In this document: positions 62,560 through 64,000 of the stretch, in pieces
Position numbering within the stretch: position 1 is the stretch's first letter
How the letters are laid out: each line of letters opens with the position of its first letter
Assembly (NCBI GenBank): GCA_002269645.1
Contig: NIVC01000542.1
Location: forward strand, 1 to 64,000
Origin: Macrostomum lignano
Lineage: Eukaryota
DNA: 64,000 nucleotides
Reading direction: 5' to 3'
Made by a program: the position numbers and the translations under genes
The notes under the pieces: generated by a model
What the model was told of the DNA's origin: nothing
Database searches by the model: none
What the model saw: the letters and a program-made list of their open reading frames with translations, nothing else

Positions 62560-62800
62560 TGATACATAGAGCGACACATGGAGTGATACATTAGAGTGAT
62601 CCATAGAGTGTTACACAGAGTGATACACAGAGTGATACATAGAGTGATACACAGAGTGATACATGATGTAATACACAGTGATACATGATGTAATACACAG
62701 TGATACATGATATAATACACAGTGATACATGATGTAATACACAGTGATACATGATATAATACACAGTGATACATGATGTAATACACAGAGTACATAGAGT
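62560..62800. repeat. Degenerate GTGATACA-based repeat (22-bp unit GTGATACATGATGTAATACACA)
   Basis: Direct reading. Confidence 0.85.
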
Positions 62801-62969
62801 GATGCAGATAGGGTGACATTTAGAGCGATAAGAAAAGTGACAGACAAAGCGCCAAAAGAGTGACAAAGAGAGTGACATGCTGAAGTGCCAGATGTAGCGA
62901 TGAATAAACTGGCTAATGAAGTCCTCGTCACGGCGACAGTTAGTCCGCATGCAGGCGCTCACAGCTCAC

Positions 62970-63570
62970 ACAGGGTCATCATCAACCATGCACACTCTCT
63001 GTGCCTCGGAGACAGGGTCATCATCAACCATGCACACTCTCTGTGCCTCGGAGACAGGGTCACAACCATGCACACTCTCTGTGCCTCGGAGACAGGGTCA
63101 TCATCAACCATGCACACTCTCTGTGCCTCGGAGACAGGGTCATCATCAACCATGCACACTCTGTGCCTCGGAGACAGGGTCATCATCAACCATGCACTCT
63201 CTGTGCCTCGGAGACAGGGTCATCATCAACCATGCACACTCTCTGTGCCTCGGAGACAGGGTCACAACCATGCACACTCTTTGTGCCTCGGAGACAGGGT
63301 CACAACCATGCACACTCTTTGTGCCTCGGAGACAGGGTCACAACCATGCACACTCTTTGTGCCTCGGAGACAGGGTCATCATCAACCATGCACACTCTCT
63401 GTGCCTCGGAGACAGGGTCACAACCATGCACACTCTCTGTGCCTCGGAGACAGGGTCATCATCAACCATGCACACTCTGTGTGCCTCGGAGACAGGGTCA
63501 CAACCATGCACACTCTCTGTGCCTCGGAGACAGGGTCACAACCATGCACACTCTCTGTGCCTCGGAGGCT
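62970..63570. repeat. Minisatellite with about 42-bp and 36-bp variants (GAGACAGGGTCA[TCATCA]ACCATGCACACTCTCTGTGCCTCG)
   Basis: Direct reading. Confidence 0.93.
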
Positions 63571-64000
63571 GGCACTCATGGGTGAGAAAAGCACAACAGG
63601 CCCCTGACCGATGAGCCTTAAAAATGAAACGGGAATCGAACCCACCAACTGCGGCACCAGAGCGGAGACAGGAGCCGAAAAATCACGCTGAAAAGAAATA
63701 TGGAGTGGCACATGGAGTGCCGAGAACCCCGTGAACAAGCTTTTTCACTTTTCTTGCCATTCCCAAGACTGCATCTTTCAACAAAGGAACTTCCTAAGAG
63801 CCAAGAAGCGGAGCGTCAACCAGGAAAACGCAGAATTCTAATCGGGTGGATGCGGAAAAAAGCATGCATTGTCTTCTGTAGGATTTCCCGCGGGACGCGA
63901 AGACAGACTCTGGGCATCAGGCAAGGAGAGGCACAGATGGCTGGCAGCCGGGCCGGGACAGTCAAGACACAAGCACCTGCAAACCCTCACAGAGCAAACA

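Noticed and set aside
14205-63570. Minisatellites of 21-42 bp as CRISPR arrays
   Set aside because: The units are head-to-tail with no unique spacers, there are no cas genes, and the context is a eukaryotic intron-containing genome.
63620-63690. B-box-like GGTTCGATTCCC on the minus strand
   Set aside because: No A-box or stems recognisable; at most a decayed SINE fragment.

Overview
Eukaryotic (metazoan) genomic DNA. GC-rich exons, minisatellite-filled introns and an operon-like gene cluster suggest a free-living flatworm such as Macrostomum; this is an inference, not a database result. (1) 1-11.8 kb: the 3' part of a giant plus-strand Cys-rich protein gene, made of about 30 near-identical 345-bp (115-aa) coding repeats plus a probable spliced last exon. 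(2) 13.9-38.2 kb: six housekeeping genes, all on the minus strand and 1.1-2.6 kb apart, in 5'->3' order ZDHHC17, RPP25/Alba-like, GBE1, MFSD9-like, DHPS, SNAP29. I rebuilt all six by hand into phase-consistent, full-length spliced CDSs. (3) 38.3-48.9 kb: AT-rich transposon zone with a full-length mariner carrying one nonsense codon and nested inverted-repeat elements. (4) 51.3-54.0 kb: a second, secreted Cys-rich repeat gene whose last exon resembles that of the first gene. (5) 48.9-50.4 kb and 57.8-62.4 kb: probable orphan multi-exon genes interrupted by tandem repeats. Most ORFs in the supplied track are shadows of tandem repeats or of GC-rich exons. Top leads: a probable trans-spliced operon in which the MFSD9-like gene has no ATG of its own; intron repeat units that carry splice-signal motifs; and two CxxCxxG-repeat proteins with a shared C-terminal lectin/discoidin-like domain.
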